From Eledone cirrhosa (lineage: Eukaryota), in NCBI GenBank assembly GCA_964016885.1, contig OZ024741.1, forward strand, positions 247,752,001-247,816,000: a stretch of DNA of 64,000 nt. The letters run 5' to 3'. Positions 11,301 to 25,533 of this stretch are shown piece by piece. A program made the position numbers and the translations under genes. The notes below the pieces were generated by a model that worked only from the letters and a program-made list of their open reading frames with translations, was not told the DNA's origin and made no database searches. How positions within the stretch are numbered: the first letter of the stretch is position 1; every line of letters begins with the position of its first letter.

Positions 11301-14300
11301 TTATCTCCCCCTGATTTTTGTTTACAAATTATCTCCGCCTGATTTTTTTAAATATTATCTCTCCTTGGCTGGCGGGAAATTATCTCCCCTTGGACGGCTG
11401 GAAATTATCTCCCCTTGGAAGGATGGAAATTATCTCCCCTTGGACGGCTGGAAATTATCTACCCCTGATTTTTTTTACAAATTATCTCCCCCTGATTTTT
11501 TTTACAAATTATCTCCCCCTGATTTTTTTTACAAATTATCTACCCCTGATTTTTTTTACAAATTATCTCCCCCTGATTTTTTTTACAAATTATCTCCCCC
11601 TGATTTTTTTTTTACAAATTATCTCCCCCTGATTTTTTTACAAATTATCTCCCCCTGATTTTTTTTACAAATTATCTCCGCCTGATTTTTTTAAATATTA
11701 TCTTCCCTTGGCTGGCTGGAAATTATCTCCCCTTGGACGGCTAGAAATTACCTCTCCTTGGACGGCTGGAAATTATCTCCCCTTGGACGGCTGGAAATTA
11801 TCTCCCCTTGGACGGATAGATATTACCTCCCCTTGGACGGCTGGAAATTATCTCCCCTTGATTTTTTTACAAATTATCTCCCCCTGATTTATTTTACAAA
11901 TCTCCCAATGATTTTTAAAAAAAAATTTTCTCCCCTTCGCTGGCTGGAAATTATCTCCCCTTGGACGCTGGAAATTATCTCCCCTTGGACGGCTGAAAAT
12001 TATCTCCCCTTGGACGGCTGGAAATTATCTCCCCTTGATTTTTTTTACAAATTATCTCCCCCTGATTTTTTTTTACAAATTATCTCCGCCTGATTTTTTT
12101 TACAAATTATCTCCCCCTGATTTTTTTTTACAAATTATCTCCCCCTGATTTTTTTACAAATTATCTCCCCCTGATTTTTTTTACAAATTATCTCCGCCTG
12201 ATTTTTTAAAATATTATCTTCCCTTGGCTGGCGGGAAATTATCTCCCCTTGGACGGCTGGAAATTATCTGCCCTTGATTTTCTTTTTACAAATTATCTTC
12301 CACTGATTTTTTTTACAAATTATCTCCACCTGATTTTTTAAAAAATTATCTCCCCTTGGACGGCTGGAAATTATCTCCCCTTGGACGGCTGGAAATTATC
12401 TCCCCTTGGACGGCTGGAAATTATCTCTCCTTGGACGGCTAGAATTTACCTCTCCTTGGACGGCTGAAAATTATCTCCCCTTGGACGGCTGGAAATTATC
12501 TCCCCTTGATTTTTTTTACAAATTATCTCCCCCTGATTTTTTTTTACAAATTATCTCCCCCTGATTTTTTTTTACAAATTATCACCCCCTGATTTTTTTT
12601 TACAAATTATCTCCCCCTGATTTTTTTTACAAATTATCTCCCCCTGATTTTTTTACAAATTATCTCCCCTTGGCTGGCTGGAAATTATCTCCCCTTGGAG
12701 GCTGGAACTTATCTCCCCTTGGACGGCTAGAAATTACCTCTCCTTGGACGGCTGGAAAATATGTCTCCTTGGACGGCTGGATATTATCTCCCCTTGGACG
12801 GCTGGAAATTATCTCCCCTTGGACGGCTGGAAATTATCTCCCCTTGGATGGCTAGATATTACCTCCCCTTGGACGGCTGGAAATTATCTCCCCTTGATTT
12901 TTTTACAAATTATCTCCCCCTGATTTTTTTTTACAAATTATCTCCCCCTGATTTTTTTTTACAAATTATCTCCCCCTGATTTTTGTTTACAAATTATCTC
13001 CGCCTGATTTTTTTTTTTAAATTATCTCCCCTTGGACGGCTGGAAATTATCTCCCCTTGGACGGCTAGAAATTACCTCTCCTTGGACGGCTGAAAATTAT
13101 CTCCCCTTGGACGGCTGGAAATTATCTCCCCTTGATTTTTTTACAAATTATCTCCCCCTGATTTTTTTTTTACAAATTATCTCCCCCTGATTTTTTTTTA
13201 CAAATTATCTACCCCTGATTTTTTTTTACAAATTATCTCCCCCTGATTTTTTTTTACAAATTATCTACCCCTGATTTTTTTTACAAATTATCTCCCCCTG
13301 ATTTTTTTTACAAATTATCTCCCCCTGATTTTTTTTTTACAAATTATCTCCCCCTGATTTTTTTACAAATTATCTCCCCTTGATTTTTTTTTACAACTTA
13401 TCTGCGCCTGATTTTTTTTAAAAAATTATCTCCCCTTGGACGGCTGGAAATTATCTCCCCTTGGACGGCTGGAAATTATCTCTCCTTGGACGGCTAGAAT
13501 TTACCTCTCCTTGGACGGCTGAAAATTATCTCCCCTTGGACGGCTGGGAATTATCTCCCCTTGATTTTTTTTACAAATTATCTCCCCCTGATTTTTTTTT
13601 ACAAATTATCTCCCCCTGATTTTTTTTTACAAATTATCTCCCCCTGATTTTTTTTTACAAATTATCTCCCCCAGATTTTTTTACAAATTATCTCCCCCTG
13701 ATTTTTTTTACAAATTATCTCCGCCTGATTTTTTTAAATATTATCTTCCCTTGGCTGGCGGGAAATTATCTCCCCTTGGACGGCTGGAAATTATCTACCC
13801 TTGATTTTCTTTTTACAAATTATCTTCCACTGATTTTTTTTACAAATTATCTCCACCTGATTTTTTTAAAAATTATCTCCCCTTGGAAGGCTGGAAATTA
13901 TCTCCCCTTGGCTGGAAATTATCTCCCCTTGGACGGCTAGAAATTATCTCTTTGGACGGCTGGAAATTATCACCCCTTGAGTTTTTTACAAATTATCTCC
14001 CCCTGATTTTTTTTACAAATCTCCCAGTGATTTTTAAAAAAAATTATCTCCCCTTCGCTGGCTGGAAATTATCTCCCCTTGGACGCTGGAAATTATAGCC
14101 CCTTGGAGGGCTGGAAATTATCTTCCCTTGGACGGCTGGAAATTATCTCCCCTTGATTTTTTTTACAAATTATCTCCCCCTGATTTTTTTTTACAAATTA
14201 TCTCCCCCTGATTTTTTTTACAACTTATCTGCGCCTGATTTTTTTAAAAAAATTATCTCCCCTTGGACGGCTGGAAATTATCTCCCCTTGGACGGCTGGA

Positions 14301-17300
14301 AATTATCTCTCCTTGGACGGCTAGAATTTACCTCTCCTTGGACGGCTGAAAATTATCTCCCCTTGGACGGCTGGAAATTATCTCCCCTTGATTTTTTTTA
14401 CAAATTATCTCCCCCTGATTTTTTTTTACAAATTATCTCCCCCTGATTTTTTTACAAATTATCTCCCCTTGGCTGGCTGGAAATTATCTCCCCTTGGAGG
14501 CTGGAACTTATCTCCCCTTGGACGGCTAGAAATTACCTCTCCTTGGACGGCTGGAAAATATGTCTCCTTGGACGGCTGGATATTATCTCCCCTTGGACGG
14601 CTGGAAATTATCTCCCCTTGGACGGCTGGAAATTATCTCCCCTTGGATGGCTAGATATTACCTCCCCTTGGACGGCTGGAAATTATCTCCCCTTGATTTT
14701 TTTTACAAATTATCTCCCCCTGATTTTTTTTACAAATTATCTCCCCCTGATTTTTTTTTACAAATTATCTCCCCCTGATTTTTGTTTACAAATTATCTCC
14801 GCCTGATTTTTTTAAATATTATCTCTCCTTGGCTGGCGGGAAATTATCTCCCCTTGGACGGCTGGAAATTATCTCCCCTTGGAAGGATGGAAATTATCTC
14901 CCCTTGGACGGCTGGAAATTATCTACCCCTGATTTTTTTTACAAATTATCTCCCCCTGATTTTTTTTACAAATTATCTCCCCCTGATTTTTTTTACAAAT
15001 TATCTACCCCTGATTTTTTTTACAAATTATCTCCCCCTGATTTTTTTTACAAATTATCTCCCCCTGATTTTTTTTTTACAAATTATCTCCCCCTGATTTT
15101 TTTACAAATTATCTCCCCCTGATTTTTTTTACAAATTATCTCCGCCTGATTTTTTTAAATATTATCTTCCCTTGGCTGGCTGGAAATTATCTCCCCTTGG
15201 ACGGCTAGAAATTACCTCTCCTTGGACGGCTGGAAATTATCTCCCCTTGGACGGCTGGAAATTATCTCCCCTTGGACGGATAGATATTACCTCCCCTTGG
15301 ACGGCTGGAAATTATCTCCCCTTGATTTTTTTACAAATTATCTCCCCCTGATTTATTTTACAAATCTCCCAATGATTTTTAAAAAAAAATTATCTCCCCT
15401 TCGCTGGCTGGAAATTATCTCCCCTTGGACGCTGGAAATTATCTCCCCTTGGACGGCTGAAAATTATCTCCCCTTGGACGGCTGGAAATTATCTCCCCTT
15501 GATTTTTTTTACAAATTATCTCCCCCTGATTTTTTTTTACAAATTATCTCCGCCTGATTTTTTTTACAAATTATCTCCCCCTGATTTTTTTTTACAAATT
15601 ATCTCCCCCTGATTTTTTTACAAATTATCTCCCCCTGATTTTTTTTACAAATTATCTCCGCCTGATTTTTTAAAATATTATCTTCCCTTGGCTGGCGGGA
15701 AATTATCTCCCCTTGGACGGCTGGAAATTATCTGCCCTTGATTTTCTTTTTACAAATTATCTTCCACTGATTTTTTTTACAAATTATCTCCACCTGATTT
15801 TTTAAAAAATTATCTCCCCTTGGACGGCTGGAAATTATCTCCCCTTGGACGGCTGGAAATTATCTCCCCTTGGACGGCTGGAAATTATCTCTCCTTGGAC
15901 GGCTAGAATTTACCTCTCCTTGGACGGCTGAAAATTATCTCCCCTTGGACGGCTGGAAATTATCTCCCCTTGATTTTTTTTACAAATTATCTCCCCCTGA
16001 TTTTTTTTTACAAATTATCTCCCCCTGATTTTTTTTTACAAATTATCACCCCCTGATTTTTTTTTACAAATTATCTCCCCCTGATTTTTTTTACAAATTA
16101 TCTCCCCCTGATTTTTTTACAAATTATCTCCCCTTGGCTGGCTGGAAATTATCTCCCCTTGGAGGCTGGAACTTATCTCCCCTTGGACGGCTAGAAATTA
16201 CCTCTCCTTGGACGGCTGGAAAATATGTCTCCTTGGACGGCTGGATATTATCTCCCCTTGGACGGCTGGAAATTATCTCCCCTTGGACGGCTGGAAATTA
16301 TCTCCCCTTGGATGGCTAGATATTACCTCCCCTTGGACGGCTGGAAATTATCTCCCCTTGATTTTTTTACAAATTATCTCCCCCTGATTTTTTTTTACAA
16401 ATTATCTCCCCCTGATTTTTTTTTACAAATTATCTCCCCCTGATTTTTGTTTACAAATTATCTCCGCCTGATTTTTTTTTTTAAATTATCTCCCCTTGGA
16501 CGGCTGGAAATTATCTCCCCTTGGACGGCTAGAAATTACCTCTCCTTGGACGGCTGAAAATTATCTCCCCTTGGACGGCTGGAAATTATCTCCCCTTGAT
16601 TTTTTTACAAATTATCTCCCCCTGATTTTTTTTTTACAAATTATCTCCCCCTGATTTTTTTTTACAAATTATCTACCCCTGATTTTTTTTTACAAATTAT
16701 CTCCCCCTGATTTTTTTTTACAAATTATCTACCCCTGATTTTTTTTACAAATTATCTCCCCCTGATTTTTTTTACAAATTATCTCCCCCTGATTTTTTTT
16801 TTACAAATTATCTCCCCCTGATTTTTTTACAAATTATCTCCCCTTGATTTTTTTTTACAACTTATCTGCGCCTGATTTTTTTTAAAAAATTATCTCCCCT
16901 TGGACGGCTGGAAATTATCTCCCCTTGGACGGCTGGAAATTATCTCTCCTTGGACGGCTAGAATTTACCTCTCCTTGGACGGCTGAAAATTATCTCCCCT
17001 TGGACGGCTGGGAATTATCTCCCCTTGATTTTTTTTACAAATTATCTCCCCCTGATTTTTTTTTACAAATTATCTCCCCCTGATTTTTTTTTTACAAATT
17101 ATCTCCCCCTGATTTTTTTTTACAAATTATCTCCCCCTGATTTTTTTACAAATTATCTCCCCTTGGCTGGCTGGAAATTATCTCCCCTTGGAGCCTGGAA
17201 CTTATGTCCCCTTGGACGGCTAGAAATTACCTCTCCTTGGACGGCTGGAAATTATCTCCCCTTGGACGGCTGGAAATTATCTCCCCTTGGATGGCTAGAT

Positions 17301-20300
17301 ATTACCTCCCCTTGGACGGCTGGAAATTATCTCCCCTTGATTTTTTTTACAAATTATCTCCCCCTGATTTTTTTTTACAAATTATCTCCCCCTGATTTTT
17401 TTTTACAAATTATCTCCCCCTGATTTTTGTTTACAAATTATCTCCGCCTATTTTTTTTTTAAAATTATCTCCCCTTGGACGGCTGGAAATTATCTCCCCT
17501 TGGACGGCTAGAAATTACCTCTCCTTGGACGGCTGAAAATTATCTCCCCTTGGACGGCTGGAAATTATCTCCCCTTGATTTTTTTACAAATTATCTCCCC
17601 CTGATTTTTTTTTTACAAATTATCTCCCCCTGATTTTTTTTTTACAAATTATCTCCCCCTGATTTTTTTACAAATTATCTCCCCCTAATTTTTTTTACAA
17701 ATTATCTCCGCCTGATTTTTTTAAATATTATCTCTCCTTGGCTGGCGGGAAATTATCTCACCTTGGACGGCTGGAAATTATCTCCCCTTGGAAGAATGGA
17801 AATTATCTCCCCTTGGACGGCTGGAAATTATCTACCCCTGATTTTTTTTACAAATTATCTCCCCCTGATTTTTTTTACAAATTATCTCCCCCTGATTTTT
17901 TTTTACAAATTATCTACCCCTGATTTTTTTTACAAATTATCTCCCCCTGATTTTTTTTACAAATTATCTCCCCCTGATTTTTTTTTACAAATTATCTACC
18001 CCTGATTTTTTTTACAAATTATCTCCCCCTGATTTTTTTTTACAAATTATCTCCCCCTGATTTTTTTACAAATTATCTCCCCCTGATTTTTTTTACAATC
18101 TCCGCCTGATTTTTTTAAAAATTATCTTCTCTTGGCTGGCTGGAAATTATCTCCCCTTGGACACTGGAAATTATAGCCACTTGGAGGGCTGGAAATTATC
18201 TTCCCTTGGACGGCTGGAAATTATCTCCCCTTGATTTTTTTTACAAATTATCTCCGCCTGATTTTTTTACAAATTATCTCCCCCTGATTTTTTTTACAAA
18301 TTATCTCCGCCTGATTTTTTTAAATATTATCTTCCCTTGGCTGGCGGGAAATTATCTCCCCTTGGACGGCTGGAAATTATCTACCCTTGATTTTCTTTTT
18401 ACAAATTATCTTCCACTAATTTTTTTTACAAATTATCTCCACCTGATTTTTTAAAAAATTATCTCCCCTTGGAAGGCTGGAAATTATCTCCCCTTGGCTG
18501 GAAATTATCTCCCCTTGGACGGCTGGAAATTATCTCCCCTTGATTTTTTTTACAAATTATCTCCCCCTGATTTTTTTTTACAAATTATCTCCCCCTGATT
18601 TTTTTACAAATTATCTCCCCCTGATTTTTTTTTACAAATTATCTCCCCCTGATTTTTTTTACAAATTATCTCCCTCTGATTTTTTTACAAATTATCTCCC
18701 CTTGGCTGGCTGGAAATTATCTCCCCTTGGACGGCTAGAAATTACCTCTCCTTGGACGGCTGGAAAATATGTCTCCTTGGACGGCTGGATATTATCTCCC
18801 CTTGGACGGCTGGAAATTATCTCCCCTTGGACGGCTGGAAATTATCTCCCCTTGGACGGATATATATTACCTCCCCTTGGACGGCTGGAAATTATCTCCC
18901 CTTGATTTTTTTACAAATTATCTCCCCCTGATTTATTTTACAAATCTCCCAATGATTTTTAAAAAAAAATTATCTCCCCTTCGCTGGCTGGAAATTATCT
19001 CCCCTTGGACGCTGGAAATTATAGCCCCTTGGAGGGCTGGAAATTATCTTCCCTTGGACGGCTGGAAATTATCTCCCCTTGATTTTTTTTACAAATTATC
19101 TCCCCCTGATTTTTTTTACAAATTATCTCCCCCTGATTTTTTTTACAAATTATCTACCCCTGATTTTTTTTACAAATTATCTCCCCCTGATTTTTTTTTA
19201 CAAATTATCTCCCCCTGATTTTTTTTTACAAATTATCTCCCCCTGATTTTTTTACAAATTATCTCCCCCTGATTTTTTTTACAATCTCCGCCTGATTTTT
19301 TTAAAAATTATCTTCTCTTGGCTGGCTGGAAATTATCTCCCCTTGGACATTGGAAATTATAGCCACTTGGAGGGCTGGAAATTATCTTCCCTTGGACGGC
19401 TGGAAATTATCACCCCTTGATTTTTTTTACAAATTATCTCCGCCTGATTTTTTTTTACAAATTATCTCCCCCTGATTTTTTTTTACAAATTATCTAACCC
19501 TGATTTTTTTTACAAATTATCTCCCCGATTTTTTTTACAAATTATCTCCCCCTGATTTCTCTTTTACAAATTATCTCCCCCTGATTTTTTTACAAATTAT
19601 CTCCCCCTGATTTTTTTTACAAATTATCTCCGCCTGATTTTTTTAAATATTATCTTCCCTTGGCTGGCGGGAAATTATCTCCCCTTGGACGGCTGGAAAT
19701 TATCTACCCTTGATTTTCTTTTTACAAATTATCTTCCACTGATTTTTTTTACAAATTATCTCCACCTGATTTTTTAAAAAATTATCTCCCCTTGGAAGGC
19801 TGGAAATTATCTCCCCTTGGCTGGAAATTATCTCCCCTTGGACGGCTAGAAATTATCTCTCTTTGGACGGCTGGAAATTATCACCCCTTGAGCTTTTTAC
19901 AAATTATCTCCCCCTGATTTTTTTTACAAATCTCCCTGTGATTTTTTAAAAAAAATTATCTCCCCTTCGCTGGCTGGAAATTATCTCCCCTTGGACGCTG
20001 GAAATTATAGCCCCTTGGAGGGCTGGAAATTATCTTCCCTTGGACGGCTGGAAATTATCTCCCCTTGATTTTTTTTACAAATTATCTCCCCCTGATTTTT
20101 TTTTACAAATTATCTCCCCCTGATTTTTTTTACAACTTATCTGCGCCTGATTTTTTTTTTAAAATTATCTCCCCTTGGACGGCTGGAAATTATCTCCCCT
20201 TGGACGGCTGGAAATTATCTCTCCTTGGACGGCTAGAATTTACCTCTCCTTGGACGGCTGAAAATTATCTCCCCTTGGACGGCTGGAAATTATCTCCCCT

Positions 20301-23300
20301 TGATTTTTTTTACAAATTATCTCCCCCTGATTTTTTTTTACAAATTATCTCCCCCTGATTTTTTTTTACAAATTATCTCCCCCTGATTTTTTTTTACAAA
20401 TTATCTACCCCTGATTTTTTTTTACAAATTATCTCCCCTTGGCTGGCTGGAAATTATCTCCCCTTGGAGGCTGGAACTTATCTCCCCTTGGACGGCTAGA
20501 AATTACCTCTCCTTGGACGGCTGGAAAATATGTCTCCTTGGACGGCTGGATATTATCTCCCCTTGGACGGCTGGAAATTATCTCCCCTTGGACGGCTGAA
20601 AATTATCTCCCCTTGATTTTTTTTACAAATTATCTCCCCCTGATTTTTTTTTACAAATTATCTCCCCCTGATTTTTGTTTACAAATTATCTCCGCCTGAT
20701 TTTTTAAAAAAATTATCTCCCCTTGGACGGCTGGAAATTATCTCCCCTTGGACGGATAGAAATTACCTCTCCTTGGACGGCTGAAAATTATCTCCCCTTT
20801 GACGGCTGGAAATTATCTCCCCTTGATTTTTTTACAAATTATCTCCCCCTGATTTTTTTTTTACAAATTATCTCCCCCTGATTTTTTTTTACAAATTATC
20901 TACCCCTGATTTTTTTTTACAAATTATCTCCCCCTGATTTTTTTTACAAATTATCTCCCCCTGATTTTTTTTTACAAATTATCTCCCCCTGATTTTTTTA
21001 CAAATTATCTCCCCCTGATTTTTTTTACAAATTATCTCCGCCTGATTTTTTTAAATATTATCTCTCCTTGGCTGGCGGGAAATTATCTCCCCTTGGACGG
21101 CTGGAAATTATCTCCCCTTGGAAGGATGGAAATTATCTCCCCTTGGACGGCTGGAAATTATCTACCCCTGATTTTTTTTACAAATTATCTCCCCCTGATT
21201 TTTTTTACAAATTATCTCCCCCTGATTTTTTTTACAAATTATCTACCCCTGATTTTTTTTACAAATTATCTCCCCCTGATTTTTTTTACAAATTATCTCC
21301 CCCTGATTTTTTTTTTACAAATTATCTCACCCTGATTTTTTTACAAATTATCTCCCCCTGATTTTTTTTACAAATTATCTCCGCCTGATTTTTTTAAATA
21401 TTATCTTCCCTTGGCTGGCTGGAAATTATCTCCCCTTGAAGGGCTGAAAATTATCTCCCCTTGGACGGCTGGAAATTATCTCCCCTTGATTTTTTTTACA
21501 AATTATCTCCCCCTGATTTTTTTTTACAAATTATCTCCCCCTGATTTTTTTTACAAATTATCTCCCCCTGATTTTTTTTTACAAATTATCTGCCGCTGAT
21601 TTTTTTTACAAATTATCTCCCCCTGATTTTTTTACAAATTATCTCCCCTTGGCTGGCTGGAAATTACCTCCCCTTGGAGGCTGGAATTTATCTCCCCTTG
21701 GACGGCTAGAAATTACCTCTCCTTGGACGGCTGGAAAATATGTCTCCTTGGACGGCTGGATATTATCTCCCCTTGGACGGCTGGAAATTATCTCCCCTTG
21801 GACGGCTGGAAATTATCTCCCCTTGGACGGATAGATATTACATCCCCTTGGACGGCTGGAAATTATCTCCCCTTGGACGGCTGGAAATTATCTCCCCATG
21901 GACGGCTGGAAATTATCTCCCCTTGGACGGCTAGAAATTATCTCTCCTTGGACGGCTGAAAATTATCTCCCCTTGGACGGCTGGAAATTATCTCCCGTTG
22001 GACGGCTGGAAATTATCTCGCCTTGGACGGCTAGAATTTACCTCTCCTTGGACGGCTGAAAATTATCTCCCCTTGGACGGCTGGAAATTATCTCCCCTTG
22101 ATTTTTTTTACAAATTATCTCCCCCTGATTTTTTTTTACAAATTATCTCCCCCTGATTTTTTTTTACAAATTATCTCCCCCTGATTTTTTTTTACAAATT
22201 ATCTCCCCCTGATTTTTTTTACAAATTATCTCCCCCCTGATTTTTTAACAAATTATCTCCCCTTGGCTGGCTGGAAATTATCTCCCCTTGGAGGCTGGAA
22301 CTTATCTCCCCTTGGACGGCTAGAAATTACCTCTCCTTGGACGGCTGGAAAATATGTCTCCTTGGACGGCTGGATATTATCTCCCCTTGGACGGCTGGAA
22401 ATTATCTCCCCTTGGACGGCTGGAAATTATCTCCCCTTGGATGGCTAGATATTACCTCCCCTTGGACGGCTGGAAATTATCTCCCTTTGATTTTTTTTAC
22501 AAATTATCTCCCCCTGATTTTTTTTTACAAATTATCTCCCCCTGATTTTTTTTTACAAATTATCTCCCCCTGATTTTTGTTTACAAATTATCTCCGCCTG
22601 ATTTTTTTTTAAAAATTATCTCCCCTTGGACGGCTGGAAATTATCTCCCCTTGGACGGCTAGAAATTACCTCTCCTTGGACGGCTGAAAATTATCTCCCC
22701 TTGGACGGCTGGAAATTATCTCCCCTTGATTTTTTTACAAATTATCTCCCCCTGATTTTTTTTTTACAAATTATCTCCCCCTGATTTTTTTTTACAAATT
22801 ATCTACCCCTGATTTTTTTTTACAAATTATCTCCCCCTGATTTTTTTTACAAATTATCTCCCCCTGATTTTTTTTTACAAATTATCTCCCCCTGATTTTT
22901 TTACAAATTATCTCCCCCTGATTTTTTTTACAAATTATCTCCGCCTGATTTTTTTAAATATTATCTCTCCTTGGCTGGCGGGAAATTATCTCCCCTTGGA
23001 CGGCTGGAAATTATCTCCCCTTGGAAGGATGGAAATTATCTCACCTTGGACGGCTAGAAATTATCTCTCTTTGGACGGCTGGAAATTATCACCCCTTGAG
23101 TTTTTTACAAATTATCTCCCCCTGATTTTTTTTACAAATCTCCCAGTGATTTTTTAAAAAAAATTATCTCCCCTTCGCTGGCTGGAAATTATCTCCCCTT
23201 GGACGCTGGAAATTATAGCACCTTGGAGGGCTGGAAATTATCTTCCCTTGGACGGCTGGAAATTATCTCCCCTTGATTTTTTTTACAAATTATCTCCCCC

Positions 23301-23712
23301 TGATTTTTTTTTACAAATTATCTCCCCCTGATTTTTTTTTACAACTTATCTGCGCCTGATTTTTTAAAAAAAATTATCTCCCCTTGGACGGCTGGAAATT
23401 ATCTCCCCTTGGACGGCTGGAAATTATCTCTCCTTGGACGGCTAGAATTTACCTCTCCTTGGACGGCTGAAAATTATCTCCCCTTGGACGGCTGGAAATT
23501 ATCTCCCCTTGATTTTTTTTACAAATTATCTCCCCCTGATTTTTTTTTACAAATTATCTCCCCCTGATTTTTTTTACAAATTATCTCCCCCTGATTTTTT
23601 TTTACAAATTATCTCCCCCTGATTTTTTTTACAAATTATCTCCCCCTGATTTTCTTACAAATTATCTCCCCTTGGCTGGCTGGAAATTATCTCCCCTTGG
23701 AGGCTGGAACTT
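8310..23712 (+). repeat. Higher-order macro-unit copy 1 (~12.1-kb unit plus 3464-bp internal duplication minus 205-bp deletion, 15.4 kb)
   Basis: The marker cassette cttatgtcccc...ggatgatatgtctcc recurs at 8310 and 23713 (15403 apart). The order of variants in between matches 49901-62043. Confidence 0.8.
10195..17135 (+). repeat. 3464-bp tandem duplication (copies ~10195-13665 and ~13665-17135)
   Basis: Constant ORF offset of 3464 (10689/14153, 10924/14388, 11079/14543, 11758/15222, 12670/16134, 12761/16225). Both copies carry the 2-bp-deleted monomer atctctttgg. Confidence 0.93.
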
Positions 23713-25533
23713 ATGTCCCCTTGGACGGCTAGAAATTACCTCTCCTTGGACGGCTGGATGATATGTCTCCTTGGACGGCTGGATATTATCTCCCCTTGGA
23801 CGGCTGGAAATTATCTCCCCTTGGACGGCTGGAAATTATCTCCCATTGGATGGCTAGATATTACCTCCCCTTGGACGGCTGGAAATTATCTCCCCTTGAT
23901 TTTTTTTACAAATTATCTCCCCCTGATTTTTTTTACAAATTATCTCCCCCTGATTTTTTTTTACAAATTATCTCCGCCTGATTTTTTTTTAAATATTATC
24001 TTCCCTTGGCTGGCTGGAAATTATCTCCCCTTGGACGGCTAGAAATTACCTCTCCTTGGACGGCTGGAAATTATCTCCCCTTGGACGGCTGGAAATTATC
24101 TCCCCTTGGACGGATAGATATTACCTCCCCTTGGACGGCTGGAAATTATCTCCCCTTGATTTTTTTACAAATTATCTCCCCCTGATTTATTTTACAAATC
24201 TCCCAATGATTTTTAAAAAAAAATTATCTCCCCTTCGCTGGCTGGAAATTATCTCCCCTTGGACGCTGGAAATTATCTCCCCTTGGACGGCTGAAAATTA
24301 TCTCCCCTTGGACGGCTGGAAATTATCTCCCCTTGATTTTTTTTACAAATTATCTCCCCCTGATTTTTTTTTACAAATTATCTCCGCCTGATGTTTTTTA
24401 CAAATTATCTCCCCCTGATTTTTTTTTACAAATTATCTCCCCCTGATTTTTTTACAAATTATCTCCCCCTGATTTTTTTTACAAATTATCTCCGCCTGAT
24501 TTTTTAAAATATTATCTTCCCTTGGCTGGCGGGAAATTATCTCCCCTTGGACGGCTGGAAATTATCTGCCCTTGATTTTCTTTTTACAAATTATCTTCCA
24601 CTGATTTTTTTTACAAATTATCTCCACCTGATTTTTTAAAAAATTATCTCCCCTTGGACGGCTGGAAATTATCTCCCCTTGGAAGGCTGGAAATTATCTC
24701 TCCTTGGACGGCTAGAATTTACCTCTCCTTGGACGGCTGAAAATTATCTCCCCTTGGACGGCTGGAAATTATCTCCCCTTGATTTTTTTTACAAATTATC
24801 TCCCCCTGATTTTTTTTTACAAATTATCTCCCCCTGATTTTTTTTTACAAATTATCACCCCCTGATTTTTTTTTACAAATTATCTCCCCCTGATTTTTTT
24901 TACAAATTATCTCCCCCTGATTTTTTTACAAATTATCTCCCCTTGGCTGGCTGGAAATTATCTCCCCTTGGAGGCTGGAACTTATCTCCCCTTGGACGGC
25001 TAGAAATTACCTCTCCTTGGACGGCTGGAAAATATGTCTCCTTGGACGGCTGGATATTATCTCCCCTTGGACGGCTGGAAATTATCTCCCCTTGGACGGC
25101 TGGAAATTATCTCCCCTTGGATGGCTAGATATTACCTCCCCTTGGACGGCTGGAAATTATCTCCCCTTGATTTTTTTACAAATTATCTCCCCCTGATTTT
25201 TTTTTACAAATTATCTCCCCCTGATTTTTTTTTACAAATTATCTCCCCCTGATTTTTGTTTACAAATTATCTCCGCCTGATTTTTTTTTTAAAATTATCT
25301 CCCCTTGGACGGCTGGAAATTATCTCCCCTTGATTTTTTTTACAAATTATCTCCCCCTGATTTTTTTTTACAAATTATCTCCGCCTGATTTTTTTTACAA
25401 ATTATCTCCCCCTGATTTTTTTTTACAAATTATCTCCCCCTGATTTTTTTTACAAATTATCTCCCCCTGATTTTCTTACAAATTATCTCCCCTTGGCTGG
25501 CTGGAAATTATCTCCCCTTGGAGGCTGGAACTT

